A DNA stretch of 64,000 bases from Batkoa obscura (lineage: Eukaryota). Location: contig JASVEC010000003.1 in assembly GCA_030770535.1 (NCBI GenBank), forward strand, positions 744,001 through 808,000, written 5' to 3'. This document shows, piece after piece, positions 13,673 to 23,274 of this stretch. A program made the position numbers and the translations under genes. The notes under the pieces were generated by a model. That model was given only the letters and a program-made list of their open reading frames with translations, made no database searches and was not told the DNA's origin. How positions within the stretch are numbered: position 1 is the stretch's first letter; the number at the start of each line of letters is the position of its first letter.

Positions 13673-13703
13673 TATTTATAGTTCCATATAGCTTTACTAT
13701 TGG
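13673..13703 (-). promoter_or_regulatory. Putative TATA box and CCAAT box upstream of the small minus-strand gene
   Basis: The minus strand reads CCAAT (13699-13703) and then TATAAATA (13673-13680), upstream of a probable 5'UTR intron. Confidence 0.35.
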
Positions 13704-14103
13704 CTATAACTGTAATTATCTAAAATTACATTTCTTTTTTTTAATTAGCTGCACTGGAACTTGAATTTGCTTAGTTTACTTTTTATATGTGATTAGTTGC
13801 AGATAACCTTTTTATCAAATTATATTTTATTCCCTGTTTAATAAGTTTGAAAAATGGTTCTAATTGCTAATGATTTACGTAGCTATTGGTGACTAGCTTT
13901 TAATCCTCCTTATGACATCCTTTAATTGGTCTACTTAACTCCAACTTACTTTTTACCAAGCAGGCAAAGCTTAATAACTTGCCTAATTTAGCTATATAGT
14001 TTTATCATTATTTTATATTTTTGAAAGTTCAATTTATATTATTATAATTAGACACTATTTTATATTTTTAATATTTTGGTATATTAATTATAATTTTGTA
14101 AGT

Positions 14104-14123
14104 TATATATATATATATATATA
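14104..14123. repeat. (TA)n microsatellite within an extremely AT-rich island
   Basis: A run of tatatatata... is directly visible. Confidence 0.8.
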
Positions 14124-14730
14124 TTAAATATTATCATAATTAATATATTTTATTGGTTTATTAAAGTCAAAAATTATATTTATTAAATTTATTAAATAGT
14201 TTAATTTTATTTTAATTTACTTAAAATAATAAATTCAATTTGCTTGTTTTTTTGCTTTATATTTATTATTAAATATAATAAAAAATAAAAAATAAAAAAT
14301 AAAAAATAATTGATAAAAAATAATTGATAAAAATATTATATTATTTAAAAAAATATTTATAAACAACTTTCAGTAAAAAATTTATTTATAAAAATAAAAA
14401 TATTAAATTATATAAACATGTTTTATCTTATTTGCTTAAAAAAATCAATAATAACAATTTAAAAATCAGAACTTATTTAGTCTGTTTTATTTTAATTATT
14501 ACATTTTTTTTATAATTTTAGCTAAAAATATAATAATTAATATAAGATAAATTAAATAACTTTAATATTATAAAAACATTTTATTAGATTTAAATATAAT
14601 AGTTCATAAATAAGATCCTATAAAAATTATATATTATTAATATATTATATAAAATTTAACAATTAAAGCTTATTTATTTTATATTAATTATAAAAAGCTG
14701 AAATTTTAAAAAAAGTTATTTAGTAAGATA

Positions 14731-14831
14731 TGAGAGTGTTTTTTTTGGCTTCATTATTTTTTCCATTTTTTAAGCGCTATTTGAGAAGAAAGATTGTTAG
14801 TGAAGTTCTTAAACAAAAAAACACATACCCA
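14731..14831 (-). mobile_element. ~101-bp MITE, reverse orientation
   Basis: TA|TGAGAGTGTT...ACATACCCA|TA; reverse complement of the copies at 9298 and 23174. Confidence 0.7.
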
Positions 14832-14961
14832 TATAATTAAAATTTAAGATTTAGATAAATGATAAGGCATTATGTTTTTAAATAAAAATAATTATTATTT
14901 GCTGTATTATAATTTTAAATAAAGCTAATAATTAATAAGTTTTAGTTTATATAATTAAAGT

Positions 14962-15429
14962 TGTGAAAGTTGATACTTAGTGGCCGAAGTTAAAAGCTAC
15001 TCTTGCTTAATTAACTTGCCTTGAGTCGAAGGGTCTTAGTTTATATAACTAAGGTAGACTTAACTTAATAGAAATAGTATGTAGTAAGCTACAAATTATG
15101 TAAAACAAATACAATGGAAGATACTACTATAAAATCTATATCAGATGTTGTCAGAAAGACTTAGTGACTTTATTAATGATACGTTATCAGGGAGTAATCC
15201 AATTAAAAAAAAACCTGGAGTTATCATATTGAAGAATCTCTTTTATACTCCAATAAATATGGATATTAATACGAGAGGATGTTATTCCTTGCAATATGAA
15301 GTTAGAAATTCTCGCAGCAAATCAAAATAAGGGACTCTGACTTGATTGTATTTGAACTTGAGAACACAGCAACTTAAGTGATTGTTGCGTTATAATCAAT
15401 CCGAGAGCTAAATAAAGCAATATTTCACA
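14962..15429 (-). repeat. 3' LTR
   Basis: Direct repeat of 22146-22613 (offset 7184) with TG...CA ends and a 7-bp terminal inverted repeat. Confidence 0.95.
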
Positions 15430-15440
15430 TTTCCCTCCCT
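15430..15440 (-). other. Polypurine tract
   Basis: The minus strand reads AGGGAGGGAAA immediately before the 3' LTR. Confidence 0.85.
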
Positions 15441-15515
15441 ATGATTTGATGTAGTGAATTTTTATGATTTACTTACCAAGAGCAATTTGACTAGTTACGA
15501 ATTGTACTCATTGAA

Positions 15516-18500
15516 TCACATTGCTGATTTGAGAAACTTGGCATGGACTCGATTATAAATGACGCTTGTTCCTTTATGTTTAATCGAATAGCTATCATAC
15601 AAGTGTTTATGTATGATTTCATATGGTCCGTCCCATTTCAGTGCCAGTTTATTTTTTCTAGGTTGGTTGTAGGAAGGATACAAATAAACAATATCTCCTA
15701 CCTTGAAAGTGGCTAGACTAGGAAGTCTGGACATATCTTGCTGATACCTCTTTATCTTCGAATCTGTTAATGCGTTAAAGGCTTCAACTTGGATAGCTAT
15801 CAATTTTTTTGTTAGTTTAGCCAAGTATATGTCAGGGCTTATCTCGCCTTGTTTAGCGATTAAAGGGGCAAAAGATATGGGGAGCCCAGGGTGTCTCCCA
15901 TAAAGCATAATAAAAGGAGACTTTTTAGTAATACTGTGTACTGAATATCTATATGCTAAAATAGCGGAATGTAGATATTCATCCCAACAGCTAGTTTTGT
16001 CAAAAGCTAGTTTTCTTAGTATACGTATTAGTGTACCGTTTACTCTCTCAACCATTCCATTAGTTTCTGGATGATACGGAGCTGCAGTAGAATGTCTTAT
16101 GGCCATTAGTCTGGCTAATTTTGGGAGAACTAGATTAACAAAATTGGCAGCATTATCGGTAAGTATCACCTGTGGGCTTCCATGTCTACAAATAATATCT
16201 TCATATATAAATTTAGATATGTGGAAGGAAGTCTGGTTTGGTATTGCTCTAGCTTCAACCCACTTAGTTAGATGGTCTATAGCTACAACGATATACTTAT
16301 TTCCTCTTACTGAAGAAGCTTCACAAAGAGGGCCTATCACATCTATACTTACCGTGTGGAATGCATGTTTAGGTAAAATAAACTTGTAAGCTGTTACTTT
16401 TATCCTACTTTGTTCTCTTTTACAAACATCACAATTATTTATGAAGTCTTCTAAGTCTGGTATCATTGATTCCCAATAGCAGGAAACTTTCATGGTGTCA
16501 TATGTTTTTTGGAAGGCTGAATGCCCGCAGATCACATTGTGAAACTGTTGACATGCAGATAGCCGCGAAGAAGGCTTAATATACGGAATATATGTTCCTT
16601 TAATCTTTTTGTACAATGCATTACTTTTGACAATGATATTCTGGGCATTTTTCTCAAGCCATTGTTTAAGCTCAGGTTGTTGTTGCGGCCACTTATTTTT
16701 ATTACCCAATAGGTTGTACAGATCATCATCTATGGGGGTGGCTAGACAGATCCTGGGTAACCTACTAAGCCCATCTGCATTTTGGTGATCTTTACCTGGC
16801 TTATATACTATATCAAAACTATACGATTGTAGTTTTAGAGCCCACCTAGCTAGACGTCCTTCAGGATTAGTGATTGAATATAACCACTTTAGGGAAACAT
16901 GGTCGGTAATAACAGTAAAGTGAGTGCCATAGATATACGGTCTAAATGCCTTTATAGCATGAATAATTGCAAGGCATTCCTTCTCTGTCGTAGTGTAATT
17001 CCTCTCATGCTTCGATAAGGTTCTAGAGGTATAAGCTATTGGATGCTCGCAGTTGTCATCATCCAGTTGACTTAAAACACCTCCAACTGCCGTTAGGCTA
17101 GCGTCGGTATGCAGGGAGAAGGGCTTTGAGAAATTTGGAAACATCAACACTGGGGCGTTAAGCAGCTTATCGCGAAGTTCTTCAAAGGCTTGTTGGTGTT
17201 CTTCTTTCCATTGAAACTTGACTTCTTTCTTTAACAATTGGAATAGTGGAGTGGCTAAGTTCGAAAAATCTTTTATAAATCTTCGGTAGTAATTCATTAG
17301 TCCGAGGAATACTTGTACTTCTCTCATCGTAGTTGGGGGGAAAAGCTCTTTTACTGCATCTAATTTATTAGGAATAGGAGCTAAACCTTTGTCAGAGACC
17401 TTGTAGCCTAAAAATTCCAGACTAGTTTGGAAAAATGAGCATTTTTTTGGCTTTAACTTTAAGTTAGCTTGGCGAAGACGTTCGAATACTGCTTTAAGGT
17501 GATTTAGGTGATCCACGAAAGTCTTCGAGAACACATTCAAGTCGTCTAAGTAAATTAGTACACATGAGAGCTTAAGATCACCTAGTGTATTATCCATAAG
17601 ACGTTGGAATGTAGCAGGAGCGTTTGAAAGGCCTTGTGGCATCCTCGTTGGTTGAAATAGTCCTTCGGAAGTAATCAAAGCGCATTTCTCTTGGTCTTCC
17701 GGATCCATTTCTACCTGCCAGTATCCTGAGATTAGATCCATTGCTGAAAAGTATTTTGCACCTTGTAAGCGGTCAACAGCATCATCTATTCTGGGTAGTG
17801 GATATACATCCTTCTTTGTGATTTTGTTGAGTTTCCTATAGTCCATAACTACTCTATTAGTTCCATCTTTTTTCTTAACAATCATAAGGGGAGAGGCCCA
17901 TGGACTATTTGAAGGGATAATCAAACCTAATCTTAAAAGTTTTTGGACTTCTTCTCGTTCTGCCTTAAGTTCAGACTGAGATTTACGATATGCTTTAGTT
18001 GCAACAGGTAGTGAATCACATGTATATACTTTATGTTTAGTATTGCGGGCACAGCCAATATCTTCTTCTGAAGTTGCAAAGACGTCTTTATATTCTTCCA
18101 GCAATTTATAAAATTGAAGTTGTTCATCTGGGTTTAGATGTTTAATAGTGTCTTTCTCAACAAACAGGGTTTGGTTATTAGGGGCTTCTTCATAAATTTG
18201 GAATTCTTCTAGTGTTGCAAATTTACTGAAAGTATTAATCACAATGTTATTTTCTACGTGGATTGTACCAACCTGTTGACCTCTAGAGATTTTGATATCT
18301 TTTTCGGTAATGTTGGCAAGCAGTAGTTTTATAGTCTCATTCATGTTATTACCTAAAATCCCGGGCATAGTTAGAGGTTCTAATCTTGAAACACTTTCTA
18401 TACTGTATATAGATAGATGGAACTCCTTAGGTACCCATAATGAGATTTCGGTGTCTAGTACTACCTGTGATTTAGGCGGTATTAGTAAGTTCTTAGGGGA

Positions 18501-19553
18501 AATAATGGGGATTCCAGACTGCTTATATGCTATATCTGGATATTGATAAATCACAGATTCTAATCCGCAGAGAGTAACGTCAACTGATTTATTGTTAGTC
18601 CGATAGCTCATTATACGACAGTCAGGAGTTTTGTTGCTTATGTTGTTAATGGTTAGGTTCCTTGGCTTATTGTAGTACATTGGAATGGATTGATCTAATA
18701 CTTTTAAGATATTTTGATCGTACAATAATTGGCAACCATGTTTCACAAAGAATTCGGTGCCTAGGAGGAAGTCGTAACCTTCGCTTTCCAACACTATCGC
18801 TGGAAAGGCTAAAGTTAGCTTTCCAAACTTAATAGGGATTGATGAGTATGCTCCTAGTGCCGTGACGGTTCCGGTTCCGGCTGTACCGAAGGTGTCCGAA
18901 CAATCTATATCCGGTTTAAAGGGTAATCGTTTTACCAGACGACTCGATATGAAATTGATGGGAGCTCCGCTATCTAATATTATACGCACATTTTTTTTGT
19001 AAATCGACGCATTAATGTAAGTACAATCGGTGGAGTTGGCTTTGGCATCGAGGTTTACTAAGAGGATCTGTTTATTTGGATTCTGATATTCTCTAATGAT
19101 GTTTCTAAATGCAATTGCTAAGTCTGATTCTCCAGTTAGGATTTTGTCTAGAGGAATTGGGATGGTAACATTAGTTAACCACTGGTGTGTATTATCTAGT
19201 TCACTTTGTGTAAGGGACAGTTTGGATAAATCGGATAATTGTGAAATGTAAGGTTTAGCAATTTCATTTATCAAGGCAGAATCAGGGGCATTGATAGAGT
19301 TATCAGGTGACTTATCAATTCGACGTGGAATGACTTTAGGAATTTCAACGACGGGAACCTTTTTCTTCTTGGGTCTGCCACGAATTTTGGAAGGTAGTGC
19401 TAGGATGAGGGTAGAGGGGTCAAATTTTGAAAGCGTGTTAATTTCGAAGTCTAATTCAGTGCTTTCATCTGGATCAGGAGGAATTTTTGATTTCGTGGAA
19501 GGGGGATCCTCATTTACCCTCCCACTTAGAAGTTTTTTGACTCGCTGTTGGGG
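15516..19553 (-). CDS. pol: Pol polyprotein (AT-hook spacer, aspartic protease, dUTPase-like domain, RT, RNase H, integrase), expressed by -1 frameshift
   Basis: ILDSGA (protease), YLDD (RT), TDASLTAVGGVL (RNase H), H..ICGH...CDVC zinc finger, DVIGP/TDNA/NGMVER integrase core and a GPY module. The frame stays open upstream of the listed TTG (19274) to 19553, overlapping the end of gag. Confidence 0.95.
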   Translation of the reverse strand, partial: PQQRVKKLLSGRVNEDPPSTKSKIPPDPDESTELDFEINTLSKFDPSTLILALPSKIRGRPKKKKVPVVEIPKVIPRRIDKSPDNSINAPDSALINEIAKPYISQLSDLSKLSLTQSELDNTHQWLTNVTIPIPLDKILTGESDLAIAFRNIIREYQNPNKQILLVNLDAKANSTDCTYINASIYKKNVRIILDSGAPINFISSRLVKRLPFKPDIDCSDTFGTAGTGTVTALGAYSSIPIKFGKLTLAFPAIVLESEGYDFLLGTEFFVKHGCQLLYDQNILKVLDQSIPMYYNKPRNLTINNISNKTPDCRIMSYRTNNKSVDVTLCGLESVIYQYPDIAYKQSGIPIISPKNLLIPPKSQVVLDTEISLWVPKEFHLSIYSIESVSRLEPLTMPGILGNNMNETIKLLLANITEKDIKISRGQQVGTIHVENNIVINTFSKFATLEEFQIYEEAPNNQTLFVEKDTIKHLNPDEQLQFYKLLEEYKDVFATSEEDIGCARNTKHKVYTCDSLPVATKAYRKSQSELKAEREEVQKLLRLGLIIPSNSPWASPLMIVKKKDGTNRVVMDYRKLNKITKKDVYPLPRIDDAVDRLQGAKYFSAMDLISGYWQVEMDPEDQEKCALITSEGLFQPTRMPQGLSNAPATFQRLMDNTLGDLKLSCVLIYLDDLNVFSKTFVDHLNHLKAVFERLRQANLKLKPKKCSFFQTSLEFLGYKVSDKGLAPIPNKLDAVKELFPPTTMREVQVFLGLMNYYRRFIKDFSNLATPLFQLLKKEVKFQWKEEHQQAFEELRDKLLNAPVLMFPNFSKPFSLHTDASLTAVGGVLSQLDDDNCEHPIAYTSRTLSKHERNYTTTEKECLAIIHAIKAFRPYIYGTHFTVITDHVSLKWLYSITNPEGRLARWALKLQSYSFDIVYKPGKDHQNADGLSRLPRICLATPIDDDLYNLLGNKNKWPQQQPELKQWLEKNAQNIIVKSNALYKKIKGTYIPYIKPSSRLSACQQFHNVICGHSAFQKTYDTMKVSCYWESMIPDLEDFINNCDVCKREQSRIKVTAYKFILPKHAFHTVSIDVIGPLCEASSVRGNKYIVVAIDHLTKWVEARAIPNQTSFHISKFIYEDIICRHGSPQVILTDNAANFVNLVLPKLARLMAIRHSTAAPYHPETNGMVERVNGTLIRILRKLAFDKTSCWDEYLHSAILAYRYSVHSITKKSPFIMLYGRHPGLPISFAPLIAKQGEISPDIYLAKLTKKLIAIQVEAFNALTDSKIKRYQQDMSRLPSLATFKVGDIVYLYPSYNQPRKNKLALKWDGPYEIIHKHLYDSYSIKHKGTSVIYNRVHAKFLKSAM

Positions 19554-22027
19554 TCAACAAACTTTTCAGTGTCACCATCATTATAATTATAATTGAGGTG
19601 ATTAACTTGTTTATTTTTGTTAAAATGTTTACTATTGCGAACATTTTTTTCAAAGTAATATTTAAAAATACCATTTTCTGGCTTTGGTTCAATACAATTG
19701 ACGGCAATATGTCCATGTTCACCACAGTTCCAGCATCCAGTAAATACTCGAGATTTACGATGGTTGGAGTAGTGCTGTTGTGTAATGGCAAAGCAATGAA
19801 GATATTCGTTGTTGTCCGTTTCTTTATCTATATGATTAACGTATAGTTTCTTGGATTTAACTTCGCTTTTTGGACTTCCGAGGTATAGCTCTAAAATCTC
19901 TATCATCTGAGTAATATTGGTGATATTATGATGAGGGTCTAGAAAAAGACGTGCGATGTGACTTGGAAGGTTTCGTTGGAAGGCCAGGCGGAGGTCTGTA
20001 ACGCTTAACTTCCCACAGGAAATTAAAGCATTAGCACGATTTTTTACGTTTGCAATGTAATTTTCAAGTTTGCTTTCATCGTCTAGTCGTAAAGATAAAA
20101 GGGCTGCCTTTTTTGCTTCCATTTTTACATCGGAATCATAGTGATCTATGAATGCCTTTTTAAAAGAGTTCCAGTTACTGCGTAAGTCATCAGGTAGGGT
20201 CATACACCAGGAAAGCTCGTTTGTTTGAAGCTGACCTAAGAGACATTGAGGGCGACACTCGTAGGTCCAATTGTTGGCATCAAGATGAACTTCTAGCGCT
20301 TTGATGAAAGTAGTAGCAGTGATTTCATTTGGATTGAATAGGAGACTAAAATTAAACTTGGTATTAACGGGTTGGGAGCTTCTCGGATAATTGTGGGGGT
20401 ATGTTGAGAAGCTATGCGGGTTTAGATTGTTACCAGAAGGTCCAGGATGGCCATAATAGGCGTCATGATTATTATGTGATATACCATAGTTATTTTGAAC
20501 AGGAATCCGCTCGGGTTGTACGTAGTGAGATGAAGATTGCTCATAGGGTACATGTTGAGTGATTTTTGGAGCAATATATGGCAACTTGTTTTTGTTACTA
20601 TTGTTAAAAGGATTGTCCAGGTTAACTTCAGCATAGGGTTGTACATGAGATCTTATTGGCTCAGCATTAGATCCTGTAGCAGGGTTTCTTGAGTAAATAC
20701 CATCAGTAGGTGCAGTGGTCATTCTAGGAAGTAATTGAGGTGGACTTTCTCCTTTCTTGGGTTGATCATCCGGTTGTACCAAGTGAATAGAACCACGATA
20801 CTTAGGGTTCATTTGATATTCAGTGTCAAGAATAGATTCTGTGGTACCATCACCTAGATCATACATATTATATCTCGGAACATCTCTATAAGTCGAGAGT
20901 CTGGAGTGAGGTGCTGAAACAGCGATACGTTCCTTTCTACAATTACAAGAAGATGCCTTGATTTGGCTGGTATTGGAAGCTACCTTAGTTTGAAGAATAA
21001 TAAGCTCTTCCTTGGTACTCTGTATATTACGCGAAATTTCTTCCCAGTCAGCCGCTGACTGCTCTTTATCTAATCTAATTTGTTCCTTCAAATTATTATT
21101 GGAAGTGATGAGCTGGCTAATGGTGGTCACTTGTTGAGTCAGTTGTACATTACAAGCAGCTAAATCTTGTTCTAAAGCCAAGATTCTGGCATCTTTGGCT
21201 GATGCAGACGCAGGGGATTGCTCAACATAGGATAAACGATGATTATACTCGGTGAATCTAGTCATCAACGATCTATTAAGTTCTGCAAAAGTGATTTTCA
21301 CTTTTCCGTCGATATCTGAGATCCTTTGAGCAGTATGGTCATTGATCTCAGTGAGGGAAAGGTTGATCTCGTCAGAGATCTTAATGAGTTCGGAATGTAA
21401 GGCAGTATCAAGCTGATGCAATTCAGCCTTGAAGTCTCCTACTTCTCTTGCCAAATCTCTATATACTTCATAACTAACAGTATCATTGAGCCTTTGGTTG
21501 AATTCATTAAACTTACTGGTATGGAATTCATTTGATGGGGTGATGACATCATTGTTTTGGTTGATGACCATGGAGAGATTATTAACCGTACCTAGAAGCG
21601 AGCTTAAAGAGGTAGACAATTCATTATTGTGAGTTGAGAGACGGTTGAGTTCACCAACCATCTGGATGAGTTTGTTGTGCAAGAACTCTACTAAATATTG
21701 TTGAACGTGGGAAAGGGTAGGTACCGTTTGGTACTGAGCACGAAAAGTAATTTGGGTACTGGAGCTACTACTTTGGTATTGTCTCCAAGCAGAGAGATCA
21801 CCATTAAGAACGTGCATAGGAACAGCTCCATAGGTAACGACCGAGCTTACAACATGAGGAGGTAGGGCAGCTTGATTTAAAGCAGCAGTGTCTATTTCTG
21901 GGGTCAGAACACTAGCTTCTTCTTCATCACTACTACCCATGTCATATTCAGTGATAGTCAATTGTTGACGGTTATCAAGGAGATATCTTGAGTCAGCAAA
22001 ATAGGGTATGAGGCTATTGTTGATCAT
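19526..22027 (-). CDS. gag: Gag (833 aa) with a long N-terminal coiled coil, capsid-like region and CCHC zinc knuckle
   Basis: CWNCGEHGHIAVNC knuckle and a W..F+.AF capsid motif (NWNSFKKAFIDHY); lies between the PBS and pol. Confidence 0.9.
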   Translation of the reverse strand: MINNSLIPYFADSRYLLDNRQQLTITEYDMGSSDEEEASVLTPEIDTAALNQAALPPHVVSSVVTYGAVPMHVLNGDLSAWRQYQSSSSSTQITFRAQYQTVPTLSHVQQYLVEFLHNKLIQMVGELNRLSTHNNELSTSLSSLLGTVNNLSMVINQNNDVITPSNEFHTSKFNEFNQRLNDTVSYEVYRDLAREVGDFKAELHQLDTALHSELIKISDEINLSLTEINDHTAQRISDIDGKVKITFAELNRSLMTRFTEYNHRLSYVEQSPASASAKDARILALEQDLAACNVQLTQQVTTISQLITSNNNLKEQIRLDKEQSAADWEEISRNIQSTKEELIILQTKVASNTSQIKASSCNCRKERIAVSAPHSRLSTYRDVPRYNMYDLGDGTTESILDTEYQMNPKYRGSIHLVQPDDQPKKGESPPQLLPRMTTAPTDGIYSRNPATGSNAEPIRSHVQPYAEVNLDNPFNNSNKNKLPYIAPKITQHVPYEQSSSHYVQPERIPVQNNYGISHNNHDAYYGHPGPSGNNLNPHSFSTYPHNYPRSSQPVNTKFNFSLLFNPNEITATTFIKALEVHLDANNWTYECRPQCLLGQLQTNELSWCMTLPDDLRSNWNSFKKAFIDHYDSDVKMEAKKAALLSLRLDDESKLENYIANVKNRANALISCGKLSVTDLRLAFQRNLPSHIARLFLDPHHNITNITQMIEILELYLGSPKSEVKSKKLYVNHIDKETDNNEYLHCFAITQQHYSNHRKSRVFTGCWNCGEHGHIAVNCIEPKPENGIFKYYFEKNVRNSKHFNKNKQVNHLNYNYNDGDTEKFVDPNSESKNF

Positions 22028-22125
22028 AGTCTGTGAATTAAGGGGATTGGAGGGTTGGGGTGGTTACGCGGTAAGAACCGTAAAGGAAAGGCTATAAAGG
22101 CTACCTAGTGTAGTTATAGGAGCTT

Positions 22126-22143
22126 TCCCAGCTATGAGCGCCA
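22126..22143 (-). other. Primer binding site
   Basis: TGGCGCTCATAGCTGGGA, 2 nt inside the 5' LTR, complementary to a tRNA 3' end ...CCAGC-TATGAGC-G-CCA. Confidence 0.8.
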
Positions 22144-22145
22144 AG

Positions 22146-22613
22146 TGTGAAAGTTGATACTTAGTGGCCGAAGTTAAAAGCTACTCTTGCTTAATTAACT
22201 TGCCTTGAGTCGAAGGGTCTTAGTTTATATAACTAAGGTAGACTTAACTTAATAGAAATAGTATGTAGTAAGCTACAAATTATGTAAAACAAATACAATG
22301 GAAGATACTACTATAAAATCTATATCAGATGTTGTCAGAAAGACTTAGTGACTTTATTAATGATACGTTATCAGGGAGTAATCCAATTAAAAAAAAACCT
22401 GGAGTTATCATATTGAAGAATCTCTTTTATACTCCAATAAATATGGATATTAATACGAGAGGATGTTATTCCTTGCAATATGAAGTTAGAAATTCTCGCA
22501 GCAAATCAAAATAAGGGACTCTGACTTGATTGTATTTGAACTTGAGAACACAGCAACTTAAGTGATTGTTGCGTTATAATCAATCCGAGAGCTAAATAAA
22601 GCAATATTTCACA
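22146..22613 (-). repeat. 5' LTR
   Basis: Direct repeat of 14962-15429; no differences seen by eye. Confidence 0.95.
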
Positions 22614-23173
22614 AAGTAGATTTTAACTTAGAAATATAAACTATAAACTTAATTTTTAAAATTTATATTATTTTATTAAACTATTTAAAACTGCTAAAAT
22701 TTAAATCCGTTTTAAAACTTATTTATTTAAGCTAATTTATATAAGCATTATTATTTTTATTAAATGTTTAATAAACGTTTAATAAATATATAATATATAT
22801 ATAATTATTTCATTTTACTTTTTATTAAAATAAAAACAAAGTGCAAACTTTTATAAATAAACTTTAAAATGGAATTCTTAAAAATTCTAATATAATAAGA
22901 AAAAGCATATTATATGAATATTATAATTTGTTTATTTTAATTTTAATAACTATCTATAATAACCCAGAGTTTATGGAATTTTGTAATAAAACAAAAAAAT
23001 ATGTTAAAGTTTACTATTGATAATAATAAACTCAATTAAGCAATATATAAAATTAATGCTTTAAAGCAAACAGGAAATAAAAACTAATAAGTAGCATTAT
23101 CATCAACTATAGCTTCAGTATGTTTTTTTGATGAATGCAAAAGTTTTGGATTTAGTATAAGTAAAAATCAGTA

Positions 23174-23274
23174 TGGGGATGTATTTTTGTGTTTAAGAAT
23201 TTTACTAACAATTTTCTCACTCAAATAGCCCTTAAAAGATGGAAAAAGTGATGAAGTCAAAAAAAACACCCCTA
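23174..23274 (+). mobile_element. ~101-bp MITE, TA-flanked
   Basis: TA|TGGGGATGTA...AAAACACCCCTA|TA; the interior matches the other copies. Confidence 0.75.

Larger units (their letters stand above)
14962..22613 (-). mobile_element. Full-length Ty3/gypsy LTR retrotransposon (7652 bp)
   Basis: Two 468-bp LTRs (TGTGAAA...TTTCACA), AAGT TSD at 14958-14961 and 22614-22617, PBS, PPT, and intact gag and pol with PR-RT-RH-IN domain order. Confidence 0.97.

Noticed and set aside
15145..15330. Identical 61-aa ORFs at 15145 and 22329
   Set aside because: Both lie inside the LTRs, antisense to the element. Their identity follows from LTR duplication, and there is no recognisable domain.
16099..20646. 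Short overlapping or antisense ORFs within gag-pol, including a possible env-like extra gene
   Set aside because: These are shadow ORFs. Only 86 bp separate the pol stop from the 3' LTR, leaving no room for an env gene.
3320..23274. Repeats considered as a CRISPR array or tRNA/SINE
   Set aside because: They are dispersed, carry TIRs and TA flanks, have no spacers or cas genes, and show no cloverleaf or Pol III boxes.
14731..23274. Composite transposon formed by the two inverted MITEs around the LTR element
   Set aside because: Each MITE has its own complete ends and TA flanks, and the retroelement has its own TSD, so independent insertions are the simpler explanation.
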